Program-made: the position numbers and the translations under genes
Notes under the pieces: model-generated
What the model was told of the DNA's origin: nothing
What the model saw: only the letters and a program-made list of their open reading frames with translations
Database searches by the model: none
Shown here: piece after piece, positions 47,318 to 56,261 of the stretch
Numbering within the stretch: position 1 is the first letter of the stretch
How the letters are laid out: every line of letters begins with the position of its first letter
Origin: Candidatus Moraniibacteriota bacterium
Lineage (GTDB): Bacteria > Patescibacteriota > Minisyncoccia > Moranbacterales > UBA2206
Direction of reading: 5' to 3'
NCBI GenBank assembly: GCA_003543115.1
Contig: DPJH01000004.1
Coordinates: 1 to 61,763 of the forward strand
DNA length: 61,763 nt

Positions 47318-47644
47318 ATGATAAAAAAGGAAGAAGAAGCAAAATCTAGAATTAGGATAAAGATCAGAGCTTATGATCATAAGATTATCGATCAATCAGC
47401 AAAACAAATTGTTGAAACGGCAGAAAGATCTGGAGCTACAATTACCGGACCTGTTCCGCTTCCTACTGAAATCAGAAAGTTTACTGTAAACAAATCAACT
47501 TTTGTTCACAAGGATGCAAGAGATCAGTATGAAATGAGAATGCATAAGAGAATTATTGACATTTGGAGTCCAACACCAAAAACAATTGATAGCTTGACCA
47601 ATTTAGATTTACCAGCCGGAGTTGATATAGAGATAAAGATGTAG
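47318..47644 (+). CDS. rpsJ: 30S ribosomal protein S10
   Basis: [27 protein letters not shown]...GPVPLPT. Confidence 0.95.
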   Translation: MIKKEEEAKSRIRIKIRAYDHKIIDQSAKQIVETAERSGATITGPVPLPTEIRKFTVNKSTFVHKDARDQYEMRMHKRIIDIWSPTPKTIDSLTNLDLPAGVDIEIKM

Positions 47645-47878
47645 TTCGCCGATTGGCGGAAGAAATAAATAAAACAACTAGTTAAAGTCCCGAATGCTCG
47701 GGATACTCAACCAGAAAAGTTTGATCGGGTAATATATAAGCCCTATGACTAAAATAACTGGCTTGTAGAGACTCGGTTTTTTATTTGCTCAGAAGTTTTA
47801 TAAAAAAGAAATTCAAATAGAAAGTATTAAATAGATATCGATCACATTCATTGATTGTGAGGTTTATAAAAAAAGAAT

Positions 47879-48442
47879 ATGGGAAAATTCATATTAGGAA
47901 AAAAACTTGGAATGACAACTATATTTAATGAAAAAAGCGAGGCACAGAATGTGACATTGGTTGAATGTGCAGCAAAAGTTTCTGATGTTAGAAATATAGA
48001 AAAAGATGGATATAATGCAGTTCAGGTTGCGATAGAAAAAACAAAAAATAAGACTGTAAAGAAAGAATTTAGAATTGAAAATACTGATGTAAAAATTGGA
48101 GATGAAGTGAGTGTAGATATTTTTGCAGTTGGTGATGAGGTGAATGTGACTGGTCTTGGAAAAGCTAAAGGTTTTCAAGGAGTGGTAAAGAGACATGGAT
48201 TTGGCGGAGGAAGAGCTACTCATGGAAATAAGCATGCGCTTCGCGCTCCTGGATCAATTGGATCAGGCTATCCGGAACATGTTTTGAAAGGCAAGAGAAT
48301 GGCGGGAAGAATGGGAGGAAAAAGAGTTACTAACAAGAATATTAAAATAGTTTTAATAGATAAAGAAAAAAATTTGATGGCGCTTAAAGGAGCTGTTCCT
48401 GGAGTGCCGGGTGCTGTAATTGAGATTTATACGGTTAAATAA
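47879..48442 (+). CDS. rplC: 50S ribosomal protein L3
   Basis: ILGKKLGMTTIF...; GKGFQGVVKRHGF. Confidence 0.93.
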   Translation: MGKFILGKKLGMTTIFNEKSEAQNVTLVECAAKVSDVRNIEKDGYNAVQVAIEKTKNKTVKKEFRIENTDVKIGDEVSVDIFAVGDEVNVTGLGKAKGFQGVVKRHGFGGGRATHGNKHALRAPGSIGSGYPEHVLKGKRMAGRMGGKRVTNKNIKIVLIDKEKNLMALKGAVPGVPGAVIEIYTVK

Positions 48443-48447
48443 AAAAA

Positions 48448-49083
48448 ATGGCAAAGGTTAAATTATACAACACACAAGGAAAAGAAGTAAAGGAGGTAGA
48501 TCTATCTGACAAAGTTTTTGGGTTACCTAAAAATGATGATTTGGTTCATCAAGTATTTGTTTCTCTTGGAGCTAATCAAAGACAAGTTTTGGCTCATACA
48601 AAAACCAGAGGAGAGAGAGCTGGGTCTGGAATCAAACCATGGAAACAAAAGGGAACAGGAAGAGCTCGAGTAGGATCTGTACGAACTCCAACCTGGAGGG
48701 GTGGAGGTATAGCCTTCGGTCCCACAAAGGAAAGAAATTTCAAAAAGAAAATCAATAAGAAGATGAATGCTAAGGCCATTATGACTGTGCTCAGTGCTAA
48801 ATTAAGAGAAGGAGAAATGATTGTCTTAGACAAATTAGCGCTAAAGGATAATAAGACCAAGGAAATGGCACAGGTTTTGAAAAGTCTTCCTGTGAAGGGA
48901 AGGATGTTAGTGAGTTTTTCTTCTGAAGAAAGAGAGATGCGCCGCTACAGCAGAAATATTGAAAATGTAAACAATATTTTAGTGGAAAGATTGAATGTAT
49001 TGGATATGTTGAATAATAAAAACTTGATTATTTCTTATGATTCAATCAAATATTTAGAAAAAAAATATCAAGTTAACGCATAA
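48448..49083 (+). CDS. rplD: 50S ribosomal protein L4
   Basis: KPWKQKGTGRARVGSVRTPTWRGGGIAFGP. Confidence 0.95.
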   Translation: MAKVKLYNTQGKEVKEVDLSDKVFGLPKNDDLVHQVFVSLGANQRQVLAHTKTRGERAGSGIKPWKQKGTGRARVGSVRTPTWRGGGIAFGPTKERNFKKKINKKMNAKAIMTVLSAKLREGEMIVLDKLALKDNKTKEMAQVLKSLPVKGRMLVSFSSEEREMRRYSRNIENVNNILVERLNVLDMLNNKNLIISYDSIKYLEKKYQVNA

Positions 49084-49092
49084 TAAAACGAA

Positions 49093-49428
49093 ATGAAACA
49101 GACAAGTAAAAAAGTGAATAAGGTTAAAGGAACTGAAGCAAATAGCATCGCATACAGAATTTTAATTGAACCCATCATTACGGAAGCTGCCAGTCTTGCT
49201 ATTGAAATGAACAAGTATACTTTTAAAGTGGCGGACAATGCTGATAAAATTCAAATCAAGAAGGCAATAGAGGATTTATACAAAGTAAAGGTTATAGGAG
49301 TTAATACTTCTAACAGAAAAAGAAAACCGGTTAGTTATGGGAGAACTCCTGGATTTAAGGCTGGAAGCAAGAAGGCTATAGTAACATTAAAAGAAGGTGA
49401 TTCAATAGAATTATTTAAAGGAGCATAA
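49093..49428 (+). CDS. rplW: 50S ribosomal protein L23
   Basis: ILIEPIITEAAS...KYTFKV...A.K.QIKKAIEDLYKVKV, and operon position. Confidence 0.9.
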   Translation: MKQTSKKVNKVKGTEANSIAYRILIEPIITEAASLAIEMNKYTFKVADNADKIQIKKAIEDLYKVKVIGVNTSNRKRKPVSYGRTPGFKAGSKKAIVTLKEGDSIELFKGA

Positions 49429-49434
49429 AAGAAA

Positions 49435-49503
49435 GTTGGTAGTTGGTAGTTGATAGTTGGTAGAAAGAAAAGTTCTATAAACTACAAACTAAAAACTAAG
49501 AAC
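49435..49503 (+). repeat. Heptamer-repeat inverted hairpin (rplW-rplB spacer)
   Basis: Left arm gttggtagttggtagttgatagttggtag, right arm ctacaaactaaaaactaagaac. 17 of 22 positions pair by hand. Confidence 0.7.
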
Positions 49504-49514
49504 GAAATAAGAAA

Positions 49515-50348
49515 ATGGCAATTAAAGTATATAAAAAGAATAACGCTGGAAGAAGGAATATGTCGATTGTAAAATCGGCTGATGTTTCCAATAAAAAACC
49601 AGAGAAAGCACTTCTTGCTCCCATGAAAAGCAAGGCTGGTAGGTCTCATGGAAAAATTTCTGTGCGCCATCAGGGTGGCGGAGCCAAGAGACGTTATAGA
49701 ATAATTGATTTTAGACAAGATAAATTTGATATTCCTGGAAAAATTGCAGCACTCGAAAGAGATCCGAATCGTTCTTCTTTCATCGCTTTAGTGCATTATA
49801 AGGATGGAGAAAAGCGCTATATTGTTGCTTCAGAGGGCATGAGGGCTGGCGTGGAAATTTTAGCTTCAACCAAGGCTCCAGTCAAACTGGGAAATAGAAC
49901 GCAAATAAAGAACATTCCAACCGGAACTATTATCTCCAATCTAGAGCTTTTTCCTGGAAAAGGTGGCCAGATCGTACGAAGCGCAGGATCGGGGGCAATT
50001 TTAACCGCAGTAGATGAAAAAACCGCTCAAGTAAAGATGCCATCAGGAGAAATTAGACTCGTAAGTAATGAATGTTATGCTACAATAGGACAGGTGAGCA
50101 ATTTTGAACATAACACTATAAATATAGGTAAGGCTGGTAGAAAAAGGCATATGGGAGTTCGTCCTGGAGTAAGAGGAACCGTAATGAATCCAGTAGATCA
50201 TCCACATGGAGGAGGAGAAGGACGTCAGGGAATTGGACTTAAACATCCGAAGACTCCTTGGGGCAAGCCGGCTCTTGGAAAGAAAACTAGAAAGAAAAAG
50301 AGATACAGCAATAAGTTTATAATCAAGCGAAGACAAAAGAGAAAATAA
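49515..50348 (+). CDS. rplB: 50S ribosomal protein L2
   Basis: GRRNMSIV...RHQGGGAKRRYRIIDF...MNPVDHPHGGGEGR. Confidence 0.97.
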   Translation: MAIKVYKKNNAGRRNMSIVKSADVSNKKPEKALLAPMKSKAGRSHGKISVRHQGGGAKRRYRIIDFRQDKFDIPGKIAALERDPNRSSFIALVHYKDGEKRYIVASEGMRAGVEILASTKAPVKLGNRTQIKNIPTGTIISNLELFPGKGGQIVRSAGSGAILTAVDEKTAQVKMPSGEIRLVSNECYATIGQVSNFEHNTINIGKAGRKRHMGVRPGVRGTVMNPVDHPHGGGEGRQGIGLKHPKTPWGKPALGKKTRKKKRYSNKFIIKRRQKRK

Positions 50349-50354
50349 TTTAAA

Positions 50355-50420
50355 AGTTTATAGTTGGTGGTTGGTAGTTTGTAGAATGAACTACGAACTA
50401 AAAACTGCAAACCAAGAACT
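50355..50420 (+). repeat. Heptamer-repeat inverted hairpin (rplB-rpsS spacer)
   Basis: agtttatagttggtggttggtagtttgtag-aatga-actacgaactaaaaactgcaaaccaagaact. 30-nt arms with 21 Watson-Crick and 4 G-U pairs by hand. Confidence 0.75.
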
Positions 50421-50426
50421 AATAAG

Positions 50427-50768
50427 ATGACAAGAAGTTTAAAGAAAGGTCCATATGTGGACAATAGATTAATAAAGAAAATTCAAAACAAGCCGGCTGG
50501 CGATAAATCAGTTGTGAATATTTGGGCTAGGGCGAGTGTTATTTCTCCTGAAATGGTTGGGTTTACTTTTGGAGTTCATAATGGAAGAAAACATATCCCG
50601 GTCTTTGTCACTGAAGAAATGGTTGGTCATAAATTTGGAGAATTTTCTCCGACTCGAACCTTCTATAAACATGGAGGTAAAATGCAGAAAGAAATTGAAC
50701 AGAATGCCAAACAAAAAGAATTAGATGCTGCCAAGGCTGCTAAAGCTGGTGGTTCTACTAAGAAATAA
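50427..50768 (+). CDS. rpsS: 30S ribosomal protein S19 (with K/A-rich C-terminal tail)
   Basis: SLKKGPYVD...[33 protein letters not shown]. Confidence 0.95.
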   Translation: MTRSLKKGPYVDNRLIKKIQNKPAGDKSVVNIWARASVISPEMVGFTFGVHNGRKHIPVFVTEEMVGHKFGEFSPTRTFYKHGGKMQKEIEQNAKQKELDAAKAAKAGGSTKK

Positions 50769-50792
50769 AGCTATTATATAAGATAAACTATC

Positions 50793-51362
50793 ATGAAAGT
50801 ATCAGCAAAATTAAACAATTTAAGAATGCCCAATCGAAAGGTAAAATTAGTAGCCGATCTTATTATTGGAATGGATGTTGCGGACGCTATTAATCAGCTG
50901 GATGTTGTTGCAAAAAAAAGCAGTCCTTTCATGGTAAAATTATTGAACAGTGCCATTGCTAACGGAGAAAATAATTTTGGAATCGATAGAGATAATATGT
51001 ATGTTTTTGATGTTATTGTTAAAGAAGGAATAACACTAAAAAGATGGATGCCAAAAGCTTACGGCAGGGCTACTCCAATCAGAAAAAGATCCTCACAAAT
51101 TGAAATAGTTATTGAAGAAAGAGAAGAAGGAAAAAATAGAAAAACTCAGGATCAATTAGAAAAAGAAAAGAAAGCCAGAATTGCTGCGAAGAAAAAAATA
51201 GAAAAAGAGGCGGCTAAGGAAAGCGAGGTTGAGAAGGAAGAGGTAGCAGAAGGAAGTGTGAAGGAAGTGAAGAAAAAAGAAAAAGCGGGGGTGAAAAAAG
51301 ATGCAGCTGCTCCTAACGCCGGATGGGCTAACAAAATTTTCAGAAGAAAATCAGGAATGTAA
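50793..51362 (+). CDS. rplV: 50S ribosomal protein L22 (with K/E-rich C-terminal extension of about 70 aa)
   Basis: LRMPNRKVKLVADLIIGMDVADAI.QL and operon position. Confidence 0.92.
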   Translation: MKVSAKLNNLRMPNRKVKLVADLIIGMDVADAINQLDVVAKKSSPFMVKLLNSAIANGENNFGIDRDNMYVFDVIVKEGITLKRWMPKAYGRATPIRKRSSQIEIVIEEREEGKNRKTQDQLEKEKKARIAAKKKIEKEAAKESEVEKEEVAEGSVKEVKKKEKAGVKKDAAAPNAGWANKIFRRKSGM

Positions 51363-51368
51363 TTAAAA

Positions 51369-51428
51369 TAGGTTTATGGATAATAGTTTATAGAAAAACT
51401 ATAAGCTACGAGCTAAAAACTAAGAACT
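51369..51428 (+). repeat. Heptamer-repeat inverted hairpin (rplV-rpsC spacer)
   Basis: taggtttatggataatagtttatag-aaaaa-ctataagctacgagctaaaaactaagaact. Confidence 0.7.
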
Positions 51429-51438
51429 AATAAAGATT

Positions 51439-52098
51439 ATGGGAAAAAAAGTTAATCCAATTGGACTTCGAATCGGAATCACAAATACATGGAAATCAAA
51501 ATGGTTTGGAGGAAAAAAGGAGTATAAGAACAACTTAAGACAAGATATTGAACTTAGGCAAGCAATATGCAAAAAATGGAAAAATGCTGCTATTGCTGAG
51601 GTTGAAATTGAAAGATCAACTGCTATGATCAAAGTGATTGTAAAAACTGCCAGACCAGGTGTTCTTATTGGAAGAGGCGGAAGCGGAGTTGAAGATATGC
51701 AGACTTTTGTAAAAAATAATTTTTTTAAACAGAAAAAAACTGCGTTGAAAATAGAAGTTCAGGAAGTTAAGAATTTTGAAGAAAATGCATCCCTTATTGC
51801 TCAAAATATTGCAGAGCAGTTAGAAAAGAGAATCCCTTTCAGAAGAGCTATGAAATCCATGCTTGATCAGGTTTCTAAAAACACTGCCATTAAAGGAATT
51901 AAAATCGAAATGTCAGGACGTTTAGGTGGGGCAGAAATGGCGAGAAGGGAATGGTCGAATAAGGGAACATTGCCATTGCATACTCTTCGAGCCAATATTG
52001 ATTTTGCCAGGGCTACTGCCTATACGACATATGGAACATTGGGAGTGAAGGTGTGGCTATATAAAGGAGAAGTTTTTAATAAGGAGAATAAGAAATAA
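51439..52098 (+). CDS. rpsC: 30S ribosomal protein S3
   Basis: MGKKVNPIGLRIGI...KH domain...GRLGGAEMAR. Confidence 0.96.
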   Translation: MGKKVNPIGLRIGITNTWKSKWFGGKKEYKNNLRQDIELRQAICKKWKNAAIAEVEIERSTAMIKVIVKTARPGVLIGRGGSGVEDMQTFVKNNFFKQKKTALKIEVQEVKNFEENASLIAQNIAEQLEKRIPFRRAMKSMLDQVSKNTAIKGIKIEMSGRLGGAEMARREWSNKGTLPLHTLRANIDFARATAYTTYGTLGVKVWLYKGEVFNKENKK

Positions 52099-52127
52099 TA
52101 AACATAGATTTTAGATAGAAAAAGCAT

Positions 52128-52544
52128 ATGTTAATGCCAAAAAAAGTAAAACATAGAAAAGTTCAAAGAGGAGGAAGAATTCGCGGCAATTCGAGTCGAG
52201 GAAATGATGTGAGTTTTGGAAGCTATGGACTTAAATCAGTTGAAACAGGACTTGTTTCTGCCCGCCAAATTGAGTCGGCAAGACGGGCTATGACGAGATA
52301 TGTCCAACGTGGTGGAAAAATTTGGATTAGAATATTTCCAGATAAATCAGTGACGAAAAAAGGATCGGAAGTTCCAATGGGTAAAGGAAAAGGGACGGTG
52401 GATCATTTCGTGGCCGTTGTGAAGCCCGGACGCATTATGTTTGAAATGGATGGAGTGAAAAGAGATGTAGCCAAGAAAGCTATGGAGTTGGCATCCTATA
52501 AATTATGCGTTAAATCAAAATTTGTTTCCAAGGAACAAGAATAA
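52128..52544 (+). CDS. rplP: 50S ribosomal protein L16
   Basis: [15 protein letters not shown]...[13 protein letters not shown]...[10 protein letters not shown]. Confidence 0.96.
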   Translation: MLMPKKVKHRKVQRGGRIRGNSSRGNDVSFGSYGLKSVETGLVSARQIESARRAMTRYVQRGGKIWIRIFPDKSVTKKGSEVPMGKGKGTVDHFVAVVKPGRIMFEMDGVKRDVAKKAMELASYKLCVKSKFVSKEQE

Positions 52545-52569
52545 ATAAAAGTAAAGTTTTTGCAATATT

Positions 52570-52755
52570 ATGAAAACAAAGGAAATAAGAGAGAAAAATA
52601 AAGAAGAGCTAAAAAAGCTTTTGAATGAAAAGAGAGAGGCTGTCCGAAAGTCAAGATTTGATGTCGCTGCAAAACAAGTGAAAAATATTCGAGAAATGAG
52701 AAATAATAAGAGAGATATAGCAAAAATCTTAACTATTCTTAAAGAAACTAAATAG
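52570..52755 (+). CDS. rpmC: 50S ribosomal protein L29
   Basis: Small helical protein (KEIREKNKEELKKLL.EKREA..K.RF) at the expected operon position. Confidence 0.88.
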   Translation: MKTKEIREKNKEELKKLLNEKREAVRKSRFDVAAKQVKNIREMRNNKRDIAKILTILKETK

Positions 52756-52764
52756 TTTAAAAAA

Positions 52765-53028
52765 ATGGAAAATAATTTAGAAAATATGCCAGAGGATAAG
52801 AAGAAAGTAATTATCAAGAAAAAAGGAATCGTTGTTAGCGATAAAATGACTAAGACGGTAGTTGTGGCTGTTGATAGTTTGAAGACTCATCCAAAATATA
52901 AAAAGAAATATATTTCTACTAAGAAATATAAGGCTCATGACGCCGAGGGAAAATATAAGACAGGAGATGAGGTGGAAATAGTTCCATGCAAACCAATGAG
53001 CAAGGATAAATGTTATAAAGTAATATAG
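52765..53028 (+). CDS. rpsQ: 30S ribosomal protein S17
   Basis: KKKGIVVSDKMTKTVVVAVDSLKTHPKYKK...KAHD....GD.V.I..C.P.SK.K. Confidence 0.93.
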   Translation: MENNLENMPEDKKKVIIKKKGIVVSDKMTKTVVVAVDSLKTHPKYKKKYISTKKYKAHDAEGKYKTGDEVEIVPCKPMSKDKCYKVI

Positions 53029-53029
53029 A

Positions 53030-53101
53030 TTAGTTTGCGGTTGGTAGTTTATAGTTTGTAATAAATACTAGCCATAAGCCACTAACCATAAACCATAAAC
53101 T
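53030..53101 (+). repeat. Heptamer-repeat inverted hairpin (rpsQ-rplN spacer)
   Basis: tagtttgcggttggtagtttatagtttgta ... tagccataagccactaaccataaaccataaacta. Confidence 0.65.
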
Positions 53102-53107
53102 AAAAAA

Positions 53108-53473
53108 ATGATACAAGCAGAGACAAGATTAAAATCAGCTGATAACACAGGAGCAAAAATTATTGAGTGCTTCAAGGTTTTGGGTGGTTCACGAAGAAGA
53201 TATGCTCAGGTTGGAGACATAATTGTGGCCTCAGTTAAATCGGCTGAACCAAGAGGTATGGTAAAAAAAGGAGATAAGGTACGAGCGGTTATCGTAAGGC
53301 AATCTAAGGAGGTTAGAAGAAAAGACGGAACTTATATAAGATTTGATGAAAATGCAGCGGTTATTGTGGATGGAAAAGAGCCGAAGGGAACCAGGGTTTT
53401 TGGTCCAATTGCCAGAGAAATAAGAGAAAAAGGGTTTAATAAAATAATTTCACTTGCTCCTGAAGTATTATAA
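53108..53473 (+). CDS. rplN: 50S ribosomal protein L14
   Basis: [17 protein letters not shown]...GDIIVASVK. Confidence 0.96.
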   Translation: MIQAETRLKSADNTGAKIIECFKVLGGSRRRYAQVGDIIVASVKSAEPRGMVKKGDKVRAVIVRQSKEVRRKDGTYIRFDENAAVIVDGKEPKGTRVFGPIAREIREKGFNKIISLAPEVL

Positions 53474-53581
53474 TGATATAAATCGCGAATTAATCCTGAA
53501 TTTGATCAAAAATAGTCGCGAATAAAAATTTAAAGGATATTAGTTGAATAAATTAGAGATTAATTAGAGACATATAACATT
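53474..53581 (+). repeat. TCGCGAAT-motif spacer (family 2) between rplN and rplX
   Basis: aaatcgcgaattaatc ... aatagtcgcgaataaaaa; 108-nt spacer. Confidence 0.45.
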
Positions 53582-53887
53582 ATGAAAATCAAGAAGAACG
53601 ATCAAGTTAAGATACTGGCGGGTAAAGACCGAGGGAAAACGGGCAAAGTTTTGAAAGTTTTGTCAGCTGAAGATAAGATTATAGTAGAGGGTGTTAATAT
53701 TGTGAAAAAACATATCAGACCAAGGAAAGAAGGCGAGCAAGGTCAGAGAGTGGAGATTCCTGGAAAAATCAATACATCCAATGTTATGCTAGTTTGTCCT
53801 AAATGCGGAAAGGCTTCCCGGATAGAATACAAGGTCACCGAGAAAAGTAAATTTAGAATTTGTAAAAAATGTAAAGCAGAATTATAA
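53582..53887 (+). CDS. rplX: 50S ribosomal protein L24 (with C-terminal CxxC...CxxC ribbon)
   Basis: MKIKKNDQVKILAGKDRGKTGKVLKV...; CPKCG...CKKC. Confidence 0.93.
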   Translation: MKIKKNDQVKILAGKDRGKTGKVLKVLSAEDKIIVEGVNIVKKHIRPRKEGEQGQRVEIPGKINTSNVMLVCPKCGKASRIEYKVTEKSKFRICKKCKAEL

Positions 53888-53894
53888 GAAAAAT

Positions 53895-54440
53895 ATGTAC
53901 AAATCAATTAAGGAAAAATATAATAAGGATGTTGTTTCAAAGATGAAAGAACAATTCGGTTTCAAGAGCGCCTTGCAAGTTCCAAGGATAGAGAAGGTTG
54001 TTATTAATGTCGGAATTGGGAAATTCATTAAAGATTCTGCTTTGGTGGAGGACGTTAAAAAGACTATTGTTATGATTGCTGGACAAAAACCTGTTATGAC
54101 ACAAGCAAAAAAGTCAATTGCTGGTTTCAAAATTCGTGAAGGACAAGAGATTGGCATGAGAGCTACGCTACGAGGAAAAAGAAAATGGGATTTCATTGAG
54201 AAGTTAGTGTCTGTCGCCATACCTCGTGTAAGAGACTTCCAAGGAATAAAAGATTCAGCTGTGGATGCTGGTGGAAATTTCAATTTTGGAATTAAGGAAC
54301 ATACTATATTTTCTGAAATTATGCCTGAGAGCGTAAAAAATATTGTTGGGTTTCAAGTAAATATTGTAACGACTGCAAAAAATAGAGAAGAAGGATTAGC
54401 TTTATTTAAATTGATGGGCTTTCCTTTAAAAAAAGATTAA
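53895..54440 (+). CDS. rplE: 50S ribosomal protein L5
   Basis: ...VPRIEKVVINVGIG... and ...GNFNFGIKEH.IF.EI. Confidence 0.95.
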   Translation: MYKSIKEKYNKDVVSKMKEQFGFKSALQVPRIEKVVINVGIGKFIKDSALVEDVKKTIVMIAGQKPVMTQAKKSIAGFKIREGQEIGMRATLRGKRKWDFIEKLVSVAIPRVRDFQGIKDSAVDAGGNFNFGIKEHTIFSEIMPESVKNIVGFQVNIVTTAKNREEGLALFKLMGFPLKKD

Positions 54441-54476
54441 GTTAATAAAAGCATTAGAATTAAGGTTTAAAATAAT

Positions 54477-54662
54477 ATGGCAAAAAAATCTGTTGAAGCT
54501 AGAGCTCGAAAGACACCAAAATTTTCAACACGAATCGTGAGAAGATGTTGGAGATGCGGGAGAAAACATGGTTATATGCGGGCTTTTGATATTTGTAGAA
54601 TCTGTTTTCGAGAATTAGCAAGTACAGGTCAAATCCCAGGAGTAAAGAAATCTAGTTGGTAA
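54477..54662 (+). CDS. rpsN: 30S ribosomal protein S14 type Z (zinc-binding, 61 aa)
   Basis: [26 protein letters not shown]...IPGVKKSSW. Confidence 0.95.
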   Translation: MAKKSVEARARKTPKFSTRIVRRCWRCGRKHGYMRAFDICRICFRELASTGQIPGVKKSSW

Positions 54663-54738
54663 ATTATAAATGTTAATCGTTATCAGTCAATGAACTCAAA
54701 AGGACATTGGCAGTGAACCAATAACTAAGCGAAAAAAT

Positions 54739-55143
54739 ATGTTAGATCCTATAGCAGAAATGTTAACAAGAATAAGAAATGCGCAAACAGCTGGACATAG
54801 TGATGTTGTTTTTGCAGCATCTAAATTGAAAATGGCTATTTCGAATATTCTTGAGAAAGAAGGTTTTGTTGAGTCTGTTTCGAAAGAAAAGCAGGAATCT
54901 TTTGAAAATATAAGAATAGCGCTGAAATATTATAAACTTTCTAATACTAAGAAATTGCCAGCGATAAAAGGATTGAGAAGGATTAGCAAACAAGGACAGA
55001 GAATTTATGTTAAAAATAAAGAAATTAGAAGCGTAAAGAATAATTTCGGTATCTCTATTATTTCTACTCCAAAAGGAGTGATGACCGGTTTTGAAGCAAG
55101 AAAGCTTGGCTTGGGAGGAGAAGTTATTTGTGAAATTTGGTAA
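54739..55143 (+). CDS. rpsH: 30S ribosomal protein S8
   Basis: DPIAEMLTRIRNA...GGEVICEIW. Confidence 0.95.
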   Translation: MLDPIAEMLTRIRNAQTAGHSDVVFAASKLKMAISNILEKEGFVESVSKEKQESFENIRIALKYYKLSNTKKLPAIKGLRRISKQGQRIYVKNKEIRSVKNNFGISIISTPKGVMTGFEARKLGLGGEVICEIW

Positions 55144-55148
55144 TTTAA

Positions 55149-55216
55149 TAGTTTATAGTTGGTTGTGAGTAGTTTCTTGATATATCTAAAAACTACAAAC
55201 TAAGAACCAAAATCTA
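55149..55216 (+). repeat. Heptamer-repeat inverted hairpin (rpsH-rplF spacer)
   Basis: tagtttatagttggttgtgagtagttt ... ctaaaaactacaaactaagaaccaaaatcta. Confidence 0.7.
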
Positions 55217-55221
55217 ATAAA

Positions 55222-55761
55222 ATGAGTAGAATAGGTAAAAAAATAATAATCATACCAGAGGGAGTAAATGTTAGTCTTACAAAAGACAATGTTGAAGTTA
55301 ATGGTTCAAAGGGAACACTTGGTTTCGTTCATCACAAGGATGTCTTAATTGAAATGAATGACAAAGAAATTTCTATAAAAAATGTAGGAAAAACAAAAAA
55401 ATCTAATGCTGTTTGGGGTCTGACCAGAGCAATTATCAACAATATGATAGTTGGCGTTACAGAGGGTTATGCAAAAAAATTGGAACTTCAAGGAGTAGGT
55501 TTTCGTATGAATGTAGCTGGAAAGAAAATAAATTTAGCTTTAGGGTTTTCTCACCCAGTGGTTGTAGATGTTCCAGCTAAGCTGGAGGCTAAAATTGAAG
55601 AGGGCGCATTGATTATCAGCGGTATTGATAAACAGGCTGTAGGTCAATTTGCAGCTGAAGTGAGAGGATTAAAGCCGGTTGAGCCATATAAAGGAAAGGG
55701 ATTTAGATATGCAGGAGAAGTTGTAAGAAGAAAAGCTGGAAAGAAAGCTGCATCCAAATAA
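55222..55761 (+). CDS. rplF: 50S ribosomal protein L6
   Basis: MSRIGKKIIIIPEGV.V...LQGVGFR...EPYKGKGFRY.GE.V. Confidence 0.95.
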   Translation: MSRIGKKIIIIPEGVNVSLTKDNVEVNGSKGTLGFVHHKDVLIEMNDKEISIKNVGKTKKSNAVWGLTRAIINNMIVGVTEGYAKKLELQGVGFRMNVAGKKINLALGFSHPVVVDVPAKLEAKIEEGALIISGIDKQAVGQFAAEVRGLKPVEPYKGKGFRYAGEVVRRKAGKKAASK

Positions 55762-55787
55762 AGTAAATTAGAAGATTATAAAATACT

Positions 55788-56135
55788 ATGAAAAAATTAA
55801 GCAGAAATCAAATAAGATTACACAGAAAAAGAAGAATCAGAGCTAAAATTTCTGGAACTAATGAAGTTCCGAGATTGGCTGTTTTTCGCAGTTTAAGAAA
55901 TGTCAGTGCTCAGGTTATTGATGATATTTCTGGCAAGACCATTGCATCTGCTAGTCTTTTTGAAGTAAAGGGTAAGAACACGGTAGTAGGAGCGAAAGAA
56001 GTGGGAAAGGTTGTAGCAGAAAAATGCAAAACTGCAAAAATCGAAAAGGTTGTCTTTGATAGATCAGGATATAAATACCATGGGAAAGTAAAGGCAGTGG
56101 CTGATGGAGCAAGAGAGGCAGGGTTAAAATTTTAA
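55788..56135 (+). CDS. rplR: 50S ribosomal protein L18
   Basis: RHRKRRIRAKISGT...PRLAVFRSL.......DD..GKT...AS...FDR.GYKYHGKVKA.ADGAREAGL.F. Confidence 0.95.
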   Translation: MKKLSRNQIRLHRKRRIRAKISGTNEVPRLAVFRSLRNVSAQVIDDISGKTIASASLFEVKGKNTVVGAKEVGKVVAEKCKTAKIEKVVFDRSGYKYHGKVKAVADGAREAGLKF

Positions 56136-56136
56136 A

Positions 56137-56258
56137 TAGTTTGTAGTTTGCCCGCCTATCGGTAGGCAGGCCTGCCCGCCGGTAGGCAGGTGGTTTATGG
56201 AAACATCAAGCCCCGCTACATAATCTGCTTACTAAAAAATAAGAACTAAGGACTAAAT
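56137..56258 (+). repeat. Heptamer-repeat spacer (rplR-rpsE) with an embedded GC-rich palindromic element at 56151..56190
   Basis: tagtttgtagtttg | cccgcctatcggtaggcagg cctgcccgccggtaggcagg | tggtttatgg ... ctacataatctgcttactaaaaaataagaactaaggactaaata. The GC block includes the 12-bp perfect palindrome ggcaggcctgcc and shares cccgcct...aggcagg with the pth insert. Confidence 0.75.
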
Positions 56259-56261
56259 AAA

